Assembly (NCBI GenBank): GCA_004431415.1
Contig: QPMI01000531.1
Location: 1-64,000 of the forward strand
Source: Cyanophora paradoxa CCMP329
Lineage: Eukaryota > Plantae > Glaucophyta
DNA length: 64,000 nucleotides
Reading direction: 5' to 3'
Positions 42,498 through 56,091 of this stretch are shown here, in pieces. Within the stretch, counting starts at the first letter, position 1. Each line of letters begins with the position of its first letter. The position numbers were made by a program, and so were the translations under genes. The notes under the pieces were generated by a model, which was given only the letters and a program-made list of their open reading frames with translations, was not told where the DNA came from and ran no database searches.

Positions 42498-45400
42498 ATG
42501 GGCAAGAAGGTGCGCTCGGAAGCTGCTGTGAGTGTGGCGCGTGCGCGTGCCGACGCGACCGCGCAGGATAAGAAGGACAAGGCCAAGAAGCAGGAAAAGA
42601 AGGCCAAGAAGCAGGAGAAGGTCCGTCAGAGCGGAATCGCAGCGCAGATAGAGGCATTGCGATCGCCTCGGCTCGCCGCCGGCTCGCAGCTAGCGCCAGT
42701 CACATGTCGCGGCGCGATCAATCGCCGCCGATCGGCCGGGCGAGCGCGCGGCGCGGGGCGTGCGCAAACAGTGGGACCGAGATCGCTTAGATGGCGGTCG
42801 CGAAGCCTGCGATGGCAGCGGCGGCTGACGCTGTGTGGCGGGCGGCGCCCTAGTGCAAGTGAGCGTCGCCGCTTAGCGAGCGCTGCGCAGGTGCAAGCGA
42901 AGAAGGCAAAGTCCGATGACAAGAAGAAGAAGAAGGTACGAGCCGCGGCGCTTGAGCGCCTGAGCGGGCGCGCCGCCGCCGACCGCTGCGCCCGCAGGAG
43001 CTGAAGGAGACGGGCGAGGAGGACATCGAGAGCATTCTGGCCCAGGCGCGTCCGATCCGGAGCGGCCGTGCCGCGCCCGCCGCCCCCCGCTGACGGACGC
43101 CCCGTGCGCCGGCAGATCATAGCGAAGGAGAACGAGAAGAAGGTCGTCACGGAGGAGGTCGTGGGGCCCCCCAGCAGGCGCGCGCGTACCCCTCCGGCCT
43201 CCCCCGCACCTCCTAATCCCCGCCGGCAGCCGCTGCAACTTCTCGTTCACCGTGCACCCGACCGTCGAGAACACCGTCTACGTCTACGGCGGGGAGTACT
43301 TCGACGGCCAGAAGGCGAGCCGCCCACCCGCGGCCCGTACCCCCCGCCCTGCCGAGCGTCCCGCGCGTACCCCCCGCAGACGCTCTTCTACAACGAGCTC
43401 TTCAAGTACAACGCCGAGGCGCGCCAGGCCGCGGCGCTGCTCGAGCCGCGTACCCCCAAGCGGGCTCTTAGACCCGTACCCCCGCAGAAGAACGAGTGGA
43501 AGCTGATTTCGTCGCCCAACTCGCCTCCGCCGCGCTCCTCCCACGCCGCCGCCGCCTACCGCGATTGGATCTACGCGCGCCCTGCGCGGCCCCGCCCTGT
43601 ACCCCTGCCTCTCTGACCGGCGTACCCCCAGATCTTTGGCGGCGAGTTCGCGTCGATGACGCAGACGCAGTTCTACCACTACAAGGACCTGTGCGCCCTT
43701 CCTCCTCTCCCCGCCCCGGCCTCTTCGGGCGACAGGCGGCGGCAGGTGGCGGCTGCACCTGCCGACGCACTCGTGGGAGGCGCTGCCGGCGCGGCACGGC
43801 CCGACCGCCCGCTCGGGGCACCGCATAGCCGTCTGGAAGAACAAGGCGCGCGCGAAGGCCCCCCCTCCCCCTCCCCTCCGCCTCGCCCGTCCGACGGCCC
43901 CCCCAGCTGGTGCTCTTCGGGGGCTTCTACGACACGACGCGGGACATCAAGTACTACAACGATCTCTTCCTCTTCGACCTCGAGGAGGCCCGCCCCCGCC
44001 CCGCCCCCGCCCGCCCCGCCCCGCCCCGCCCCGCCCCGCCTCGCCCTGCGGGCGCCCCCGCCGAGGCCCTTCCCGCGGTGCGCGCAGCTGCGGTGGCAGA
44101 AGGTGGAGGAGAAGGGCGGCATGCCGTGGCCCACCCCGCGCTCCGGCTTCCAGATGGTCTCGTGCGCCGCTCCGACCCCCGCCCGCCGCCCTCCGCCCCC
44201 GGCTCCGCCGGGCGAGCGGGGGGCGGGGTAGGAACGAGAACGGGGTGTACGTCTTCGGGGGCTACTGCAAACAGGTCACGGACGCCAAGGGCGAGCAGGC
44301 CAAGGGCATCGTCAAGTGCCCCCCCGCCCCGCCCCGCCCGTCCTTGCGCACGTGCCTTTCCCCGGGCTGACTCGCCTGCAGCACGGACATCTGGTTCTTC
44401 AATCCCGCGAACCTCCGCTGGGAGCGCCTCAAGCGCTCCGGCTTCGGCCCCAGGTCCTACCCCCTCCCCGCGCCGATCGCGTACCCCCGACCCCGCCCGC
44501 CAGCCCGCGCTCTGGCTTCTCGATGGGCTTTCACGCCCTCAAGAAGCGTGCCGTCCTCTTCGGGGGTACGCTGTGTGAGGCCTCAGGAAGGGGCACCGGG
44601 ACGCCCGCCCGACGCGCCGGCGCAGGGGTGCACGACGAGGAGACGGACGAGGACATCAACAGCGTCTTCTACAGTGACATGTACCGCCTCGCCCTCCCCC
44701 GCGCCTCTGCCCGCTGCGCGCCGAGGGCCGGGGGCGCGCAGGTACGCGTACGACCTGGACCGGAAGAGGTGGTACCCCCTCACGCTGAGGAAGGCGAAGG
44801 CGGCCGGGGGCCAGCGGCACCGGCGGCCGCGGCGGCCCAAGGCGCAGGCGGCCGCCGGGGCCGACGGGGAGGCGCGCGGGGAGGGCTCGGGGGGCAGCGG
44901 CGGGGAGGGCGCCGACGGGGAGGCCGGGGGGGGCCACGGGCCCGAGAAGAAGCCCTGGGAGGAGTACAACGACGACTGCGCGTGTACCCCTCCCTGCGAG
45001 GGGCGGCCCCCGGCTGACCCCCCGCAGGGGTCTTCGAGAGCGGGTCGGAGGACGGCGGGGCCGGCCCCGAGGAGGCGTCCGCTCCCCCTCCGCCGCAGCC
45101 CGCCGCCGAGGCGCCCTCGTCGGCCAGCGCTCCCGAGCCCGCTTCCCGCCCCCTGCCCCCTTCCACCTCCCCTTCCACGGCCCCCGCCCCCACCCAGCCG
45201 GCCGCCCCCGCCCCTGGCGCCTCCGGCAAGCCCTCCAGCAAGCCCTCCACCCCCTCCGCCTCCGCCTCCGCCTCCCCCGCGCCCAAGGCCCACGCCGCCC
45301 GTGACGAGGTCCCATCTCGCCCTCCAATCGGGCCCGCCGCGCCCCGCCGACCCTGTACCCCCCTGCAGGACGACCCCGAGCTGGAGGAGCACCACGAGCC

Positions 45401-45921
45401 GCCCCCCGGATCCGTCGTGCGCCGCACCCGTACCCCCGCCCTCGCCTGTACCCCTCCGACCCTCGCCATCTGCAGGGCGTGGCGAACCCGGCGGCGGTAG
45501 CTGTGATTGAGCAGAACGGGCCCTGCGCGCGCTACAACGCCCAGGCGCCCCCTGCCGCGGCCGGCGTGCCTCCTCCTCCGCCGTGTTGTCTCACCCGGGG
45601 CGTGCAGGTGGCGATCAAGGGGAACTCGCTGTGGCTGTACGGGGGCATGTTCGAGCTGGGGGACAAGGAGATCACCCTCTCCGACCTCTGGCGCCTCGAC
45701 CTCGCCAAGGCGCCTCCGCTCCGCCCCGCCCCGTCGCTCCGCCCGCTTCTCACGTCCAGCGCAGCTCGACGCGTGGCACCCCGTCGTCAAGGACGACATC
45801 GCCGCCAAGGCCCGCCCCGCCCTGCCCCGCCCCGCCCGGGCGTGCCGCCCTCGCCGACCCGCGCCGACCCCGCCTGCAGGTGCTGGCGTGGAAGGGGGAG
45901 GAGAGCGGGGCGGAGGACGGG

Positions 45922-45959
<38 letters not shown>

Positions 45960-46750
45960 GGAGGAGGACGACGACGACTCCGGCGCGCTCCCCTTTTTTT
46001 TGGTTGAGGCGCCGGTCCGCGTCTCTTCTCGCTGACGGCGCGCGGCAGGCTCGTCGGAGGAGGACGAGGAGGAGGCGGCCAAGGCCGCGGCCGCCGCCAA
46101 GAAGAAGGAGGAGGAGAAGGAGCGCAAGCGGGTGAGGCGGCGCCGGCGCGGGGCGCGCCTCTGCGGCTCCGCCTGGCTCACGGGGCGGCAGGAGGAGGCG
46201 GCGGCGGCGAAGGCGGCGAAGGCGGCGGAGGCGGCGGCGGCGCTGGCGGGCGGGGGCACGTCGAAGAAGAAGGGGGCGGACCGGGGGCGCGGGGCCGGCA
46301 GGAGGCCCTCCGGGAGCGCCTCCGCACGGAGGAGGACGAGCGCACGCCCCGCCCCGGCGAGACCCTCCGCGGTGCCCCGCCCCGCCCCCGCTTGCCTCCG
46401 CCCCGCGCGCGCCCCGAGCCGCGCCCCCGCGCAGACTTCTTCGCGCGGACTGCGGAGTTCTGGGCCCGCAACGCGTACGAGCAGGTGCGCCGGCCGCGGC
46501 GCGGGCGCGGGCGGCGGGGCGTGACGGGCGGGGGCCGGGGCAGACGCAGCAGACGGGGAAGAGCCTGCGGCGGGACGGGTTCCAGCAGGCGGAGGCGCGG
46601 TGGAAGGAGGTGCAGCCGGTGCTCGAGGAGCTGCTCGCCGCCGAGCGCGAGGCCAAGGAGGAGGAGGAGGAGGCCGCCGCCGCCCGCCGCGGCCCCGGCG
46701 GGCCCTCCCGCAAGCCCGGCGCCCCCCACGCCCCCGGCGGCCGCCGCTAG
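42498..46750 (+). CDS. KLHDC4: Kelch domain-containing protein 4 / Kel3 with DUF4110-like C-terminus
   Basis: MGKK..., EEDIESIL, YGGEYFDGQK, SPNSPPPRSSH, FGGEFAS..QFYHYKDLW, RSGHR, FGGFYDT, PRSGF; C-terminal PRPGETLR/DFFARTAEFW. Confidence 0.93.
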
Positions 46751-47625
46751 CCATATGCATCGGCAGCCTGTTCTCGACACTGTGACAATCTGCCACATTA
46801 CAGCTACCGCGGTGCGGGGGCGGCGGGAGGGCGCCCGACCGGCGGGGCGGGTGGGGTCATGTCGCGGGGTGGGCGGGGCGGGGCTTTCGCCGGAGGCTGG
46901 GCAGCACTAGCCGCCCCGGCCTGGCGGCGGTCGAGTCAGGGTGGCGGCGAGCATTGTGCGCGCCGCGGGCGCCGCGTCCGACGGGCGCCGGCGAATCAAC
47001 AGTTCGAGGACCGCCGTGCGTCACGAGGTCTTCGAATTCGCGTTCAGTCGTGAGCGGTCCAGCTTGACGACCCGACGCGGCTGCTGCGCACGAGGCGCTC
47101 AGGCGCATCCCGACGCATCAACTGTGCTCGAGGGCGGCGCATCGCACCGGCGCGGGTGCGGGGGTCTCCGCCGGTCGTTTACCGGTACCTGCCGCGACGC
47201 CGCTGGCGGCCGCTGGGCCCGAGGGCGCTCCGGCAGAAGCCACAGGGGCCGTAGCTTCGGACGGTTGTGGCCTGGAGAGCCGCGCCTTCTTCGCGAGCTG
47301 GCCGCAGAGGACCTCGTCCTCGGACGACGGCAGCGGCCGCGTCCGCGCCCGCTGCGCCGCGCTCGCCGGGCCTACCTCGGCTCGCCTTCGCACCACCCGG
47401 CTGCGCTGAGGCAACGCGTGCTCCCGGCTAAGTTGTACAACCGCGTCTGCGATGTGATCAGCCGGGCGAGGAGTGCGCGGAGGTTCCGGCGCACTCAGAT
47501 CGGGCTCCTGTGCGCTAGAACTCATGCGACTGCCCGGCGCCTCCGGTCGTTCGCAAGGTTCGCTGAGAACTTCGCTCGTCTGGCGGGGTACAGTGCGGGT
47601 TTCGAAAGCGGACCTTCCTGCAACG

Positions 47626-49269
47626 ATGGGCGGTGCCGAGTCGAAGGATAACCTGTCGACATGGATGGGGTGGGTCCGGTCGAGCCTTTTGGTCCGCGCC
47701 GGCAAGCTCAGGCTGTGCCCTTCAGGTTCGGGCAGGCGCGCAATAAGGTGACGGTCCAGCAGCTCATCGAGGTGCGCGTCCGCTTTGCTCGGAGCTAGGC
47801 CCTGGCTCCCGCCGGCTAGCTAGCGCCGGTGTGACGTACGCGTGTCGATTCGGGCACCGGCCTCAACGGAAGCGCTAAGGCCGCGCGGTCTCTCAGGTCG
47901 CAAAGACACTGGAGAGTGTGTTCGATTTGTTGTCTCCGTTGCCGGCCCCGCCCTCCGCCCGCTAACCTTCGTCCGTTTGGTACCGGTTTAATTTGGCCCT
48001 TCGGCATGAGCAGCCGGCGAGTGCGTCCCGCGGCGCGTGCGCGTGTTTCAGCCGCGTTGCTCTGACCTGCTCCTTCTCCTCGCGCCGCAGCCTCGTCCTC
48101 TTCTGCTTCCCAGGATCCGTGCACACGATTGGGGCCACTGCTTCCCGCTGGACGTGCGCTGCCCGCGCTCCGCCGGCCCCCGCCCGCAGCTGAGGAGGGA
48201 CTTCCTCAGGCACGTCGGAGTCGTCTACAAGTGCCGTCCTTGGGCGCTCGCGCCGCCCTGCGCGGCTGAGGCGGCGCGCGCAGGCGGGACGGGCGCTACT
48301 GCCGCTCGCGGGACGCGCACCATGAGCGGCTGAACGACCCGGAAACGGTCTACGTGATGGAGGCCTACCAGGGCGGGCCCGGCCACCAGGGCCCCCCCTT
48401 CGACGGCGCGCGCCCCGCCCGCCCGACACCGCGCGGGGCGCGAGCGACGCGGGCGGGGCGGGCGCCCGGCGCAGGGATGAACCTCTCGCCGCTGCCGAAG
48501 CGGATCGCGGAGTATCTGAAGCAGGGCGCCGGGCCCTCCTTCGCAATCGGAATCCGCCGCTTGACCGTGCGCGCGGGGCACCGTCCCGCGACCCCTCTCT
48601 CGATTCTCAACCCCCTGGCCCCGGCAGGGCGTGCGGCGTACCCCCGAGTTCCTCATGCGCATGGAGGAGCTCTGGCACCAGGCGCGCCTCTCTCGTGCTC
48701 TGGAAGAGCCCTGTTCCCCCTGAAGCGCCTTTTCCGCAGATCAAGGACAGGAAGTACGAGACGGACTTCTGGGAGAAGGCCAACAGCGCCCTCGACTGCC
48801 TCGAGTGCGTATCTCCCTCAGAAACTCGTTGTACCCCCGCTGACCGACCGGGCGCAGCTTCGACTGGTGCCTGTGGAACGTGCGCCGCGCCGCTCCGCGC
48901 CGCGCCCGGCGGCCGCGCGCCCTCTCATGCGCCGGCAGCCGACGCGGAACAAGGCGAACGAGACGTCTCTCTTCTGCTCCGAGGTGGGGGCCGCCCCAGG
49001 ACGGCACCGGCCGCTGCCTCAGCTCCAGCTGACGCCCGCGGGCAGCTGGTGGCGATGGCGTACCACCGCCTCGGGGTGGTGCAGTCGGGGCCGGACGCGC
49101 CGCCCAGCAACGAGTACGCCCCCGGGGACTTCGGTGCGCCCCGGGGCCCCCGCGCCGCGCGCGCCGGCCGCCGGCACCGATGGGGGGGGCAGGGGAGGAC
49201 CGGCTGCACGCGCGGGTGCCCCTGATCAACGGCGCCGGCTTCACGGACGTCGTCTGGGCCTCCACCTGA
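47626..49269 (+). CDS. Permuted papain-like (NlpC/P60, YiiX/YebB-like) amidase, possibly N-myristoylated
   Basis: HVGVV precedes SLFCSE/LVAMAYHRLG...PSNEYAPGDF (His before Cys, the permuted order). Putative start MGGAESK; 5' exons uncertain. Confidence 0.75.
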
Positions 49270-49419
49270 CGGGCCGGCCCCCGCCGCCCTCGCCCGGTCT
49301 CAAGCTGTGCGATCTCTAGGCGCTCGCTCTCCGATCCGACGATCCTCCCGGCCAGTGGTCTATTGCTGAAAGTATTCGAACCATATGTGGTCTATGCTGA
49401 AATCGATATCGATGCACAT

Positions 49420-51400
49420 CTATGCCGCACACTTTCCACGCAGACTCGTGCTCAGAAATCGCGACTCGGCGAGGGTCCCACTGGGCCGGCCACGTGGACA
49501 GGGGTGGCGGGCGAGCGCGGCCGCCTGGACGCCTGGACGCGGCGCTGCACCGTGGACGCGCGGGTCACGCCGCGCCGCCGCGCGAGTTCGGCGCTCCCTG
49601 CGGCGCGGGCGGCCGTGAGGCGGGGGGTCGGGCGCGAGGTGCGGAGGGGAAGGGGGGCGCGCCAGCGCGGAGCTCCTCGCGGCGCTGTAGCGGTCGAAGG
49701 CGTCGCGGACCTCGGGCAAGGGCGGCCCCACCGGCGCCTGCCCCGGCCCCGGCGGCCTGCTCGCCTCGAGTGACGCCCGCACCGACCTGCGGCGCGTGAG
49801 GGGCCGCCCGGTGGAGGCCGGAGGCGGCGGGGGCGGGGCGGGGGCACCGGAGGAGGCGGGGGGAGGCGGCGAGGCCCTCCAGAAGGGCCACGGCGGCGGC
49901 CGGCTGCATGCGCGGGACGAAGTCGAGCCGGACCTGCGCGGCCGGCAGCGTCGGCGGCGGGGCCGGGCCGGGGCGGGGGCGGCGGGGCCGGGGGCACCTT
50001 CACGGCCTGCGGGAGGGCCTCGAGGGCGGAGAGGAGGTTGCCTGCGCGAGGCGCTCGGACCCCGGCGAGGCGCGGGAAACCGTCGCCGGCGCACCCACGG
50101 GGCACAGCAGGCGGCAGAGCTCGCCGAGGTGCACGGCCTCCAAAGTCGCCGCGCACTCCGCGGCTGCCGCCGGGCTCGGAGGCGCGCGGGGCCGGGGGCG
50201 CAGGGAGGGGCCGGCCGGCGCTCACCCGTGGCGACGAGCCAGCGGAGTGAGCCGGCGACCAAGGGGCAGGACACGATGACGAGCAGCTGCACGCCGGCGA
50301 AGGCGCCGGGCGGGCAGCGACCGGGCTCCGCGGGGGCGGAGATGAAGCAGGGCCCGAAGAAGAGGGAGGCGGGGCCGCGGGGGCAGAGGGCCTGGAGCTC
50401 GAGGGGGCGGAAGACGGCGGCGACGCGGGCGGCGGTGGCCGGCTCGGCCACGTCGAACCCGAGGGTGCCGTTGGCGGCGAGCGAGCGGCAGCGGACGCCG
50501 GCCGCCGCGAGGGCGTCCAGGGCCGGCGCCGCGCCGCCGAAGAGGTGGAGGCCGTAGCACGCGCGCAGCGAGGGGAGCCGCTCGAGTAGCGCCGCCGGCC
50601 GCGCCGCCGCCACCGCCGCGGAGGCGCCCAGCTCCTCCAGCCGCGCCAGCCGCGGAACCTGCCGGCCCGTGAGCGCGGCGACGCCGGACGCTCGCGAGAG
50701 AGCCCGCGCCTGTGTGAGCTCCTGGATGCGCCCGGGGAGGCCGTCGGCAGTACTCAGCCACAGGGACCGCAGCGCGGGGGCCACGTGCTCCAAGCCGCCG
50801 CTCCGCGAGACCAGCGTTGAAGCATCCGTTGCAGCGCGCCCTGTGAGACGCGTGAGCGCGCAGGCCGGTGGGGATGCATGCGCAACGGCGGCCCCGGCGC
50901 ACCGGCGGCGACTTCGAGCGCCTCCAGCCGCGCCCCGCACGCCCCCAGCACTTCGGGGAGCCCGCAGTCGCCCGCGGGGAGGTCGTCCGGCGACTCGAGT
51001 GCCACGGAGCAGACGCGGATCCGCAGCCGCGAGACGCCTGCGCAGATGGGGTGCCGCACGACCTTGGCAGCAGCAGCGACCGAGAGTGCCTGCAGCTCCG
51101 CGTGCTCCGAATCGCTCCGCGGCCGCTTCGCAGCAAGCTCCCGCCGCTTCCTTCGCAGCAACTCGCCCGCATCTCCTTCTGCCAAGTCGCCGGCGATCCT
51201 GCGCTGTTGTCAGTGCACACAGAACAACTGCGATGCGACCGAACGCACGCAAGATCGAGACAGGTGTTGTGCGGCGGTTCCCTGGCCGCCTGCGCCCACT
51301 TCCTGCACACCGCGGCGGCCCTGAAGCGCTCCTGAATGTCGAGCCGCACGAAGATGCTCGCCAGCAGCTCCGGGGGCAGCAGGTCCGCGTAACAAAGCGC
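49420..51400 (-). CDS. F-box protein with probable degenerate LRRs
   Basis: DLLPPELLASIFVRLDIQERFRAAAVCRKW; repeated LRSL/LEEL/LEAL segments. Ends approximate. Confidence 0.75.
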
Positions 51401-51729
51401 TGCTAGATGCCCGCGTGAGCAAAAGCGCGCGCGGTCTGCACCGCTAGAGTGCGTTAGCAGCTTGCAGCAAGCTAAACCGCACCAGTGTCCGTCATCGGTG
51501 GCAGCGGTTTGGCGCCAGCCGGGCAGCCCGTACCCCTCCCTCCCTAGTGAAAGGTCGTGAGCTCGGCCCCCAGCGAGCCCCAGCCAGCTGCAAACGATAA
51601 TTAGTCGCCTGCTACTATAAAAACGTCCGGCCAGTGCCCCGCCAACGTTCCGGCCCCTGCGTGCGACGATCCTACTGCCGAATTGCAAGCGGCGGCGCTT
51701 AGGTGGCGGCTCGCCGGCGCTCATTCGGG

Positions 51730-53530
51730 ATGGAGACGGCCCAGGTGATGGCCGAGTTCATCGGCCGGCCCTTCGCCTTCGGCAAGGTGACGGCCGACCT
51801 CGTCGTCCTGCACTTCAGGCCCGACGGTGCGCCGCCGGCGCCCGCCGCCGGGCCGCGCAGAGACAGCGCACCCGCTGCCGTGCAGCCTGCCCCCGCGCCG
51901 CGGCCGCGCACGCAACCAGCAGCTCCGTACGCGTGCGATGCACGCTGACCGGGCGACCCGGGCGCGGCCTCAGGGTTCCCCGAGGAGCGCATCGAGAGCG
52001 ACATCGTGCAGGGCGCGCCTCATCCGCCAGGCGACGTCCAGAGCCTCCCCGGCCACGAGGTGCGCTCGAACCCGGGGGCGCGGCGCGCGCCACCGGCGCC
52101 GGGGCGCCGGGCCTCACCGCGCGCGGGGGCGGCGGCGACAGGAGCACCACAGCTACTGGAACAACAAGCTCTCCAGCGGCGAGATCTTCAACGACGTACG
52201 GTGCGCGGCCGCGCGCCCTCCCAGGCCCCGGCCGGCCCCGCGGACGCCCCGGGGCAGGATGCTAGCGCTGAAGCACTGGGAGGTGGCGGAGGGGCCGCGG
52301 GGGCCCGCGCTGCGCCTCGAGCTCGCGTTCAACGACTACGTCTCCCACCGCACCCTCTCCTCCGTCTTCGCCGCCCTCCCCGACCACCGCCGCGAGGTGC
52401 ACACCAACCCGTCTCGCCCCCTCCGGCCGGCGCTGAGCACCCCCGGGGTACAGGAGCATCTCTCGAGCGAGCGGATTGCGCACTACGTCGACGGCGACGG
52501 CCTACCCCAGTCCCGCCTCCAGGCGCGGCCGTACCCCCCTCCGGCCCCGCCCCGCCCGTCTGAGCCGGCGGGACAGCCCTGTCCCCTCTTCTCCTCCTCC
52601 TTCGGCGTCAACGTCGTCGTCATCACCGCAGACGGAAAGGTGGGGTACAGCCCTTCACGCCCTTCCCAGGGGCGTACGGGGTCTGCGGGCCGCCGACGCC
52701 CCCCCCCCCCCCCCCCCCCCCCCCCGGGAGGCGGTGCTGGGGCGGCGGTCGGAGCGGGTGGCGGTGTACCCCGGGGGCATGGTGGCCGGGGTGGCGGAGG
52801 GCCTGGACGAGAGCGACGTGGGGGCGGGCGGGGGCGCCGCGGACGTCTACGGCGCCGTCACCCGCGGCCTCCACGAGGAGCTCGGCGTCCGCTGCAGGCG
52901 CCTTCCTCCTCCCCCTCCTCCTCCTCCTAGCCCCCCCTTCCTGACGGCGGCGCCGGCCCGCGCAGCGACGAGGAGCTGCGGGCGGCCTGCGACGTCTCCC
53001 TCACCGCCCTCTGCGTCACAACCGACCTCTACGACTTCTCGCGCGCCCCGCCCCGCCCCCGGGCCCTGTCGCCGCCCGCCCGGTGCTGATGCCGTGCGCC
53101 GCGCAGGTTGCTGGGGTACGCGCGGTTCAGGGAGGGGAGCGGGTGGACGGCGGCGAAGCTGCGGGGCTTCCGGACGCAGTCGGACAACGGGGCGGGGCCG
53201 GTGGTCGACGCCTGGGAGTTCGACCGCGTGCGCGGCCCCGGTCCCCGCCCCGCCCCGCTCCGGGCCCCGCCCCGGCCGAGCGGGCCGCACCCCCGCAGAT
53301 GGGATTCGTGGAGTTCACGCCGGAGGCCGTCGCCCGCCTCTGGCGCCAGCGCGGGTCCCCCCTCGCCTCCCCCGCGCGCGTCACGGCGCGCCCGGCCCCT
53401 GACTCTTGGGCGCGCGCGCAGGGAGACGCTGGTGCCGACGTCGCGGGCGGGCCTCGTCCTCGCCCTCCTCTCCTGCTACGAGCCCGCCCGCGTCTTCCAC
53501 GCTTTCTCCGCGCCTGGACCCGAACCATGA
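51730..53530 (+). CDS. Nudix-fold hypothetical protein (NUDT22-like)
   Basis: SSSFGVNVVVITADGK/AVLGRRSERVAVYPG...AEGLDESD...AVTRGLHEELGV, a degenerate Nudix box. Confidence 0.65.
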
Positions 53531-53658
53531 CCGCTGCTTGTACTTGTTTTCTTTCCTTGTATTTGTACGTATATGTGCAATTTCTATCGTACGCGGCAAC
53601 GTATATGACAGAGCTCCGAAAATTGCCATCGACGGCGTACCCCACCACAGAATTCAAA

Positions 53659-54055
53659 TAGGGATGTCCCTTGCAAGGAACCACCTTGCGTTTAAGGTGC
53701 GTTTTCGGGCGTTTGAGGTTACCTTGCCAAGGCAACAAGGTGGCTCAAGGCAAGGGCAAGGTCCGGCCATACAAAACTTTTGTATGGGAGACCCCCTACA
53801 CCGCGTACCCGTGCGGGTGCAACTATGACCGGATTGGTGGAAAACAGCTCTATTTGAACAAATCGACGTTACCGACTTGCTTAGCTCGAGTGTAAGATGC
53901 AGTTTTGCAGCTTAGGTCAAGTAGATTTTGATTTCATAACACGATTTGTATGGCGGAAAGTTTGTATGGCAGGACCTTAAGGGAACCTTGCCAAGGACAG
54001 AAGGCGGTCAAGGTCACCTTGCCAAGGACCGGAGGGGTACCAAGGCACATCCCTA
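53659..54055. mobile_element. Non-autonomous hAT element (MITE), 397 bp
   Basis: 15-bp TIRs TAGGGATGT(C/G)CCTTG; 8-bp TSD AATTCAAA (53651-58 and 54056-63); subterminal CCTTGCCAAGG repeats. Confidence 0.93.
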
Positions 54056-54147
54056 AATTCAAATCCGAGGCCTAGGGCAGCGGCAGTTAGCTCAAAGCCT
54101 TGAAGGCTGTAATACTGGCTTCCTAGTGCATCGCTTTGCAGCCGCAG

Positions 54148-56091
54148 ATGAAAAGGAAGGTTGAATGCGATGCGCAGCAGCCGCAGCAGCCGCAGTTGCT
54201 CGACCTGCCGGACGCGCTGCTGCTGCGCGTCTTCGAGCTCTCGGCCACGACTCGAGGCGGCGGCGAGGAGAGATCCGGACACATGCTGGGCGACATGATC
54301 GACGCGAAGTTCCGCGCCGTGTGCAGTGACAGCGCGCATTTGAACTCGGGCGGGAGCTGGGGCGGGAGCCCGGCGCGGGAGCTGCGGGTCGACCTGCGGG
54401 AGCTGTGCCGCCTGCGGGGCGTGTGCAGGAGGTTCGCGGAGGTCGTGGAGGCGGGCGGCAAGGCGCCGCCGGCGCGCCTCGTGGTCTCCTCCGACGAGGT
54501 CGAGGATCTGGACACCGTGTGCAAGGGCGCCGCCCGCGCGGGCGGGATCGAGGACCTCTACCTGAACATTGCCGAGGTCCGTGCCGCCGGGCCGCGGCCC
54601 GACGGTCCTCGGCTTCGCGTTCCGTTGACGACGGCCGTCCGGATCCGCATGCGCAGGGCGAGGTCGAGCCGGACACCATCCCGCTGGGGCCCCTCATCCG
54701 CTTCCACTCCCTTCGGGCCCTCCGCATAGGTCAATCGGATGGCATGCTGGAGCCTCTGAGGCCCGAGCACGTTCTGTCGCTGGCCGGCCTCCCCAACCTC
54801 ACCTCCCTCGACCTCACCGGCGGCTTCGCGGGCCTGCCGATCAGCGCTGCGGCCCTCTCCGCCATCGCGCGCTCGGGGCTCCCCCTCGCGGCCCTCCGGG
54901 CGCGCGTCAGCTGCGGCAAGGCCGCCGACGTCGCCAAGGTCTTCAAGGCCATCTCCGCAGGCTTCCCCGCCCTCCGGGAGCTCCTGCTCAGACTCCACGC
55001 CCGCTCCACACCAGCGCCGGCGACCATGTTGCCTCCCGACACCCTCGCCCCCCTCGCCTCTCTCTCTTCTCTTCGAGGTCCGCGCCTCCACGTGCTGCCG
55101 CGGCCTCTCCAGGCGGTGACGCCCGTGCAGCGCTCAGTCTGAACTATCTCGTGGGCCTCAAGTTCTCCTCCCTCGAGCCGCTCGCCCCCCTCTCCGAGCT
55201 CGAGCACCTCGCCGTGGAGATCAGCGACGGCCTCGACCTGCGCCCCATCTCCTCCCTCACCGGCCTCCGCTGTCCGCCCCGCCCCCGCCCCACCGCTCTT
55301 CCACCTCGAACCCCGCCGCAGCGCTGCGCTTGGACCGTGGCAATTGCAAGGACTTCTCGTTCCTCAAACCCCTCTCGCGGCTGGTGGCGCTCGCGCTCGA
55401 CACGCTCGAGCACCCGTCCCGGCTCCTCTTCCTCGCGCCCCGCCTGCGCTGCCTCAACCTGGACTACGAGGGCGAGGCCGCCGGCGCCCTCGCCGACACC
55501 CTCCTGCGCTTCACCGCACTGGAGGTGAGGCCGCCCAGCCATCGCAAGGCTCTCATCCCCCTCCGCCTGACCGCCCTCTCCGATCCGCAGGACCTCCAAC
55601 TCACAGCTGGCCTCGACTGCATGAGCGCCCTCTTCCAGCGGCCTCTGGCAGCCTGGAGGGGCCTCCGCGCCCTCGACATCTTCATTTGTGATTACGAATC
55701 CGACACGATTCAAATTCCGGCCGCAATTCTCTCGGTGCTGCCTTCCATGCGACTTCCTCCCGCGGCCGCGCCTCTTCTGACTTGCCCGCAGCGCATCGCC
55801 TCTGAGCTGACCGGCCTGCGGGAGCTGGCGGTGGGGGCCGAGCTACCGCTCCCCCTGCCGGCCGACGTTGCCGCCGCGTTCCGCGGCCGCCTGCGCCGCC
55901 TGCGGGCTGACGTGATCGATCCCGACTCCGACGACGCGAAGACCCTCGCCAGGCAGATCATCGAGTGGCAGGTGCGCCGGCTCGCCGCCGTGCTGCACGC
56001 CGGCCTCGCCCCGGCCCGGGCCCTGCGCTGACGCCGGCCGCAGAAGCTGCAGGAGACCCTCGGCGTTGAAGTGGTCCCGGTGTACAACTGA
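54148..56091 (+). CDS. F-box/LRR protein
   Basis: LLDLPDALLLRVFE...LRGVCRRF; LAGLPNLTSLDL, LAPLSELEHLAV and LRCLNLDY. Confidence 0.8.
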
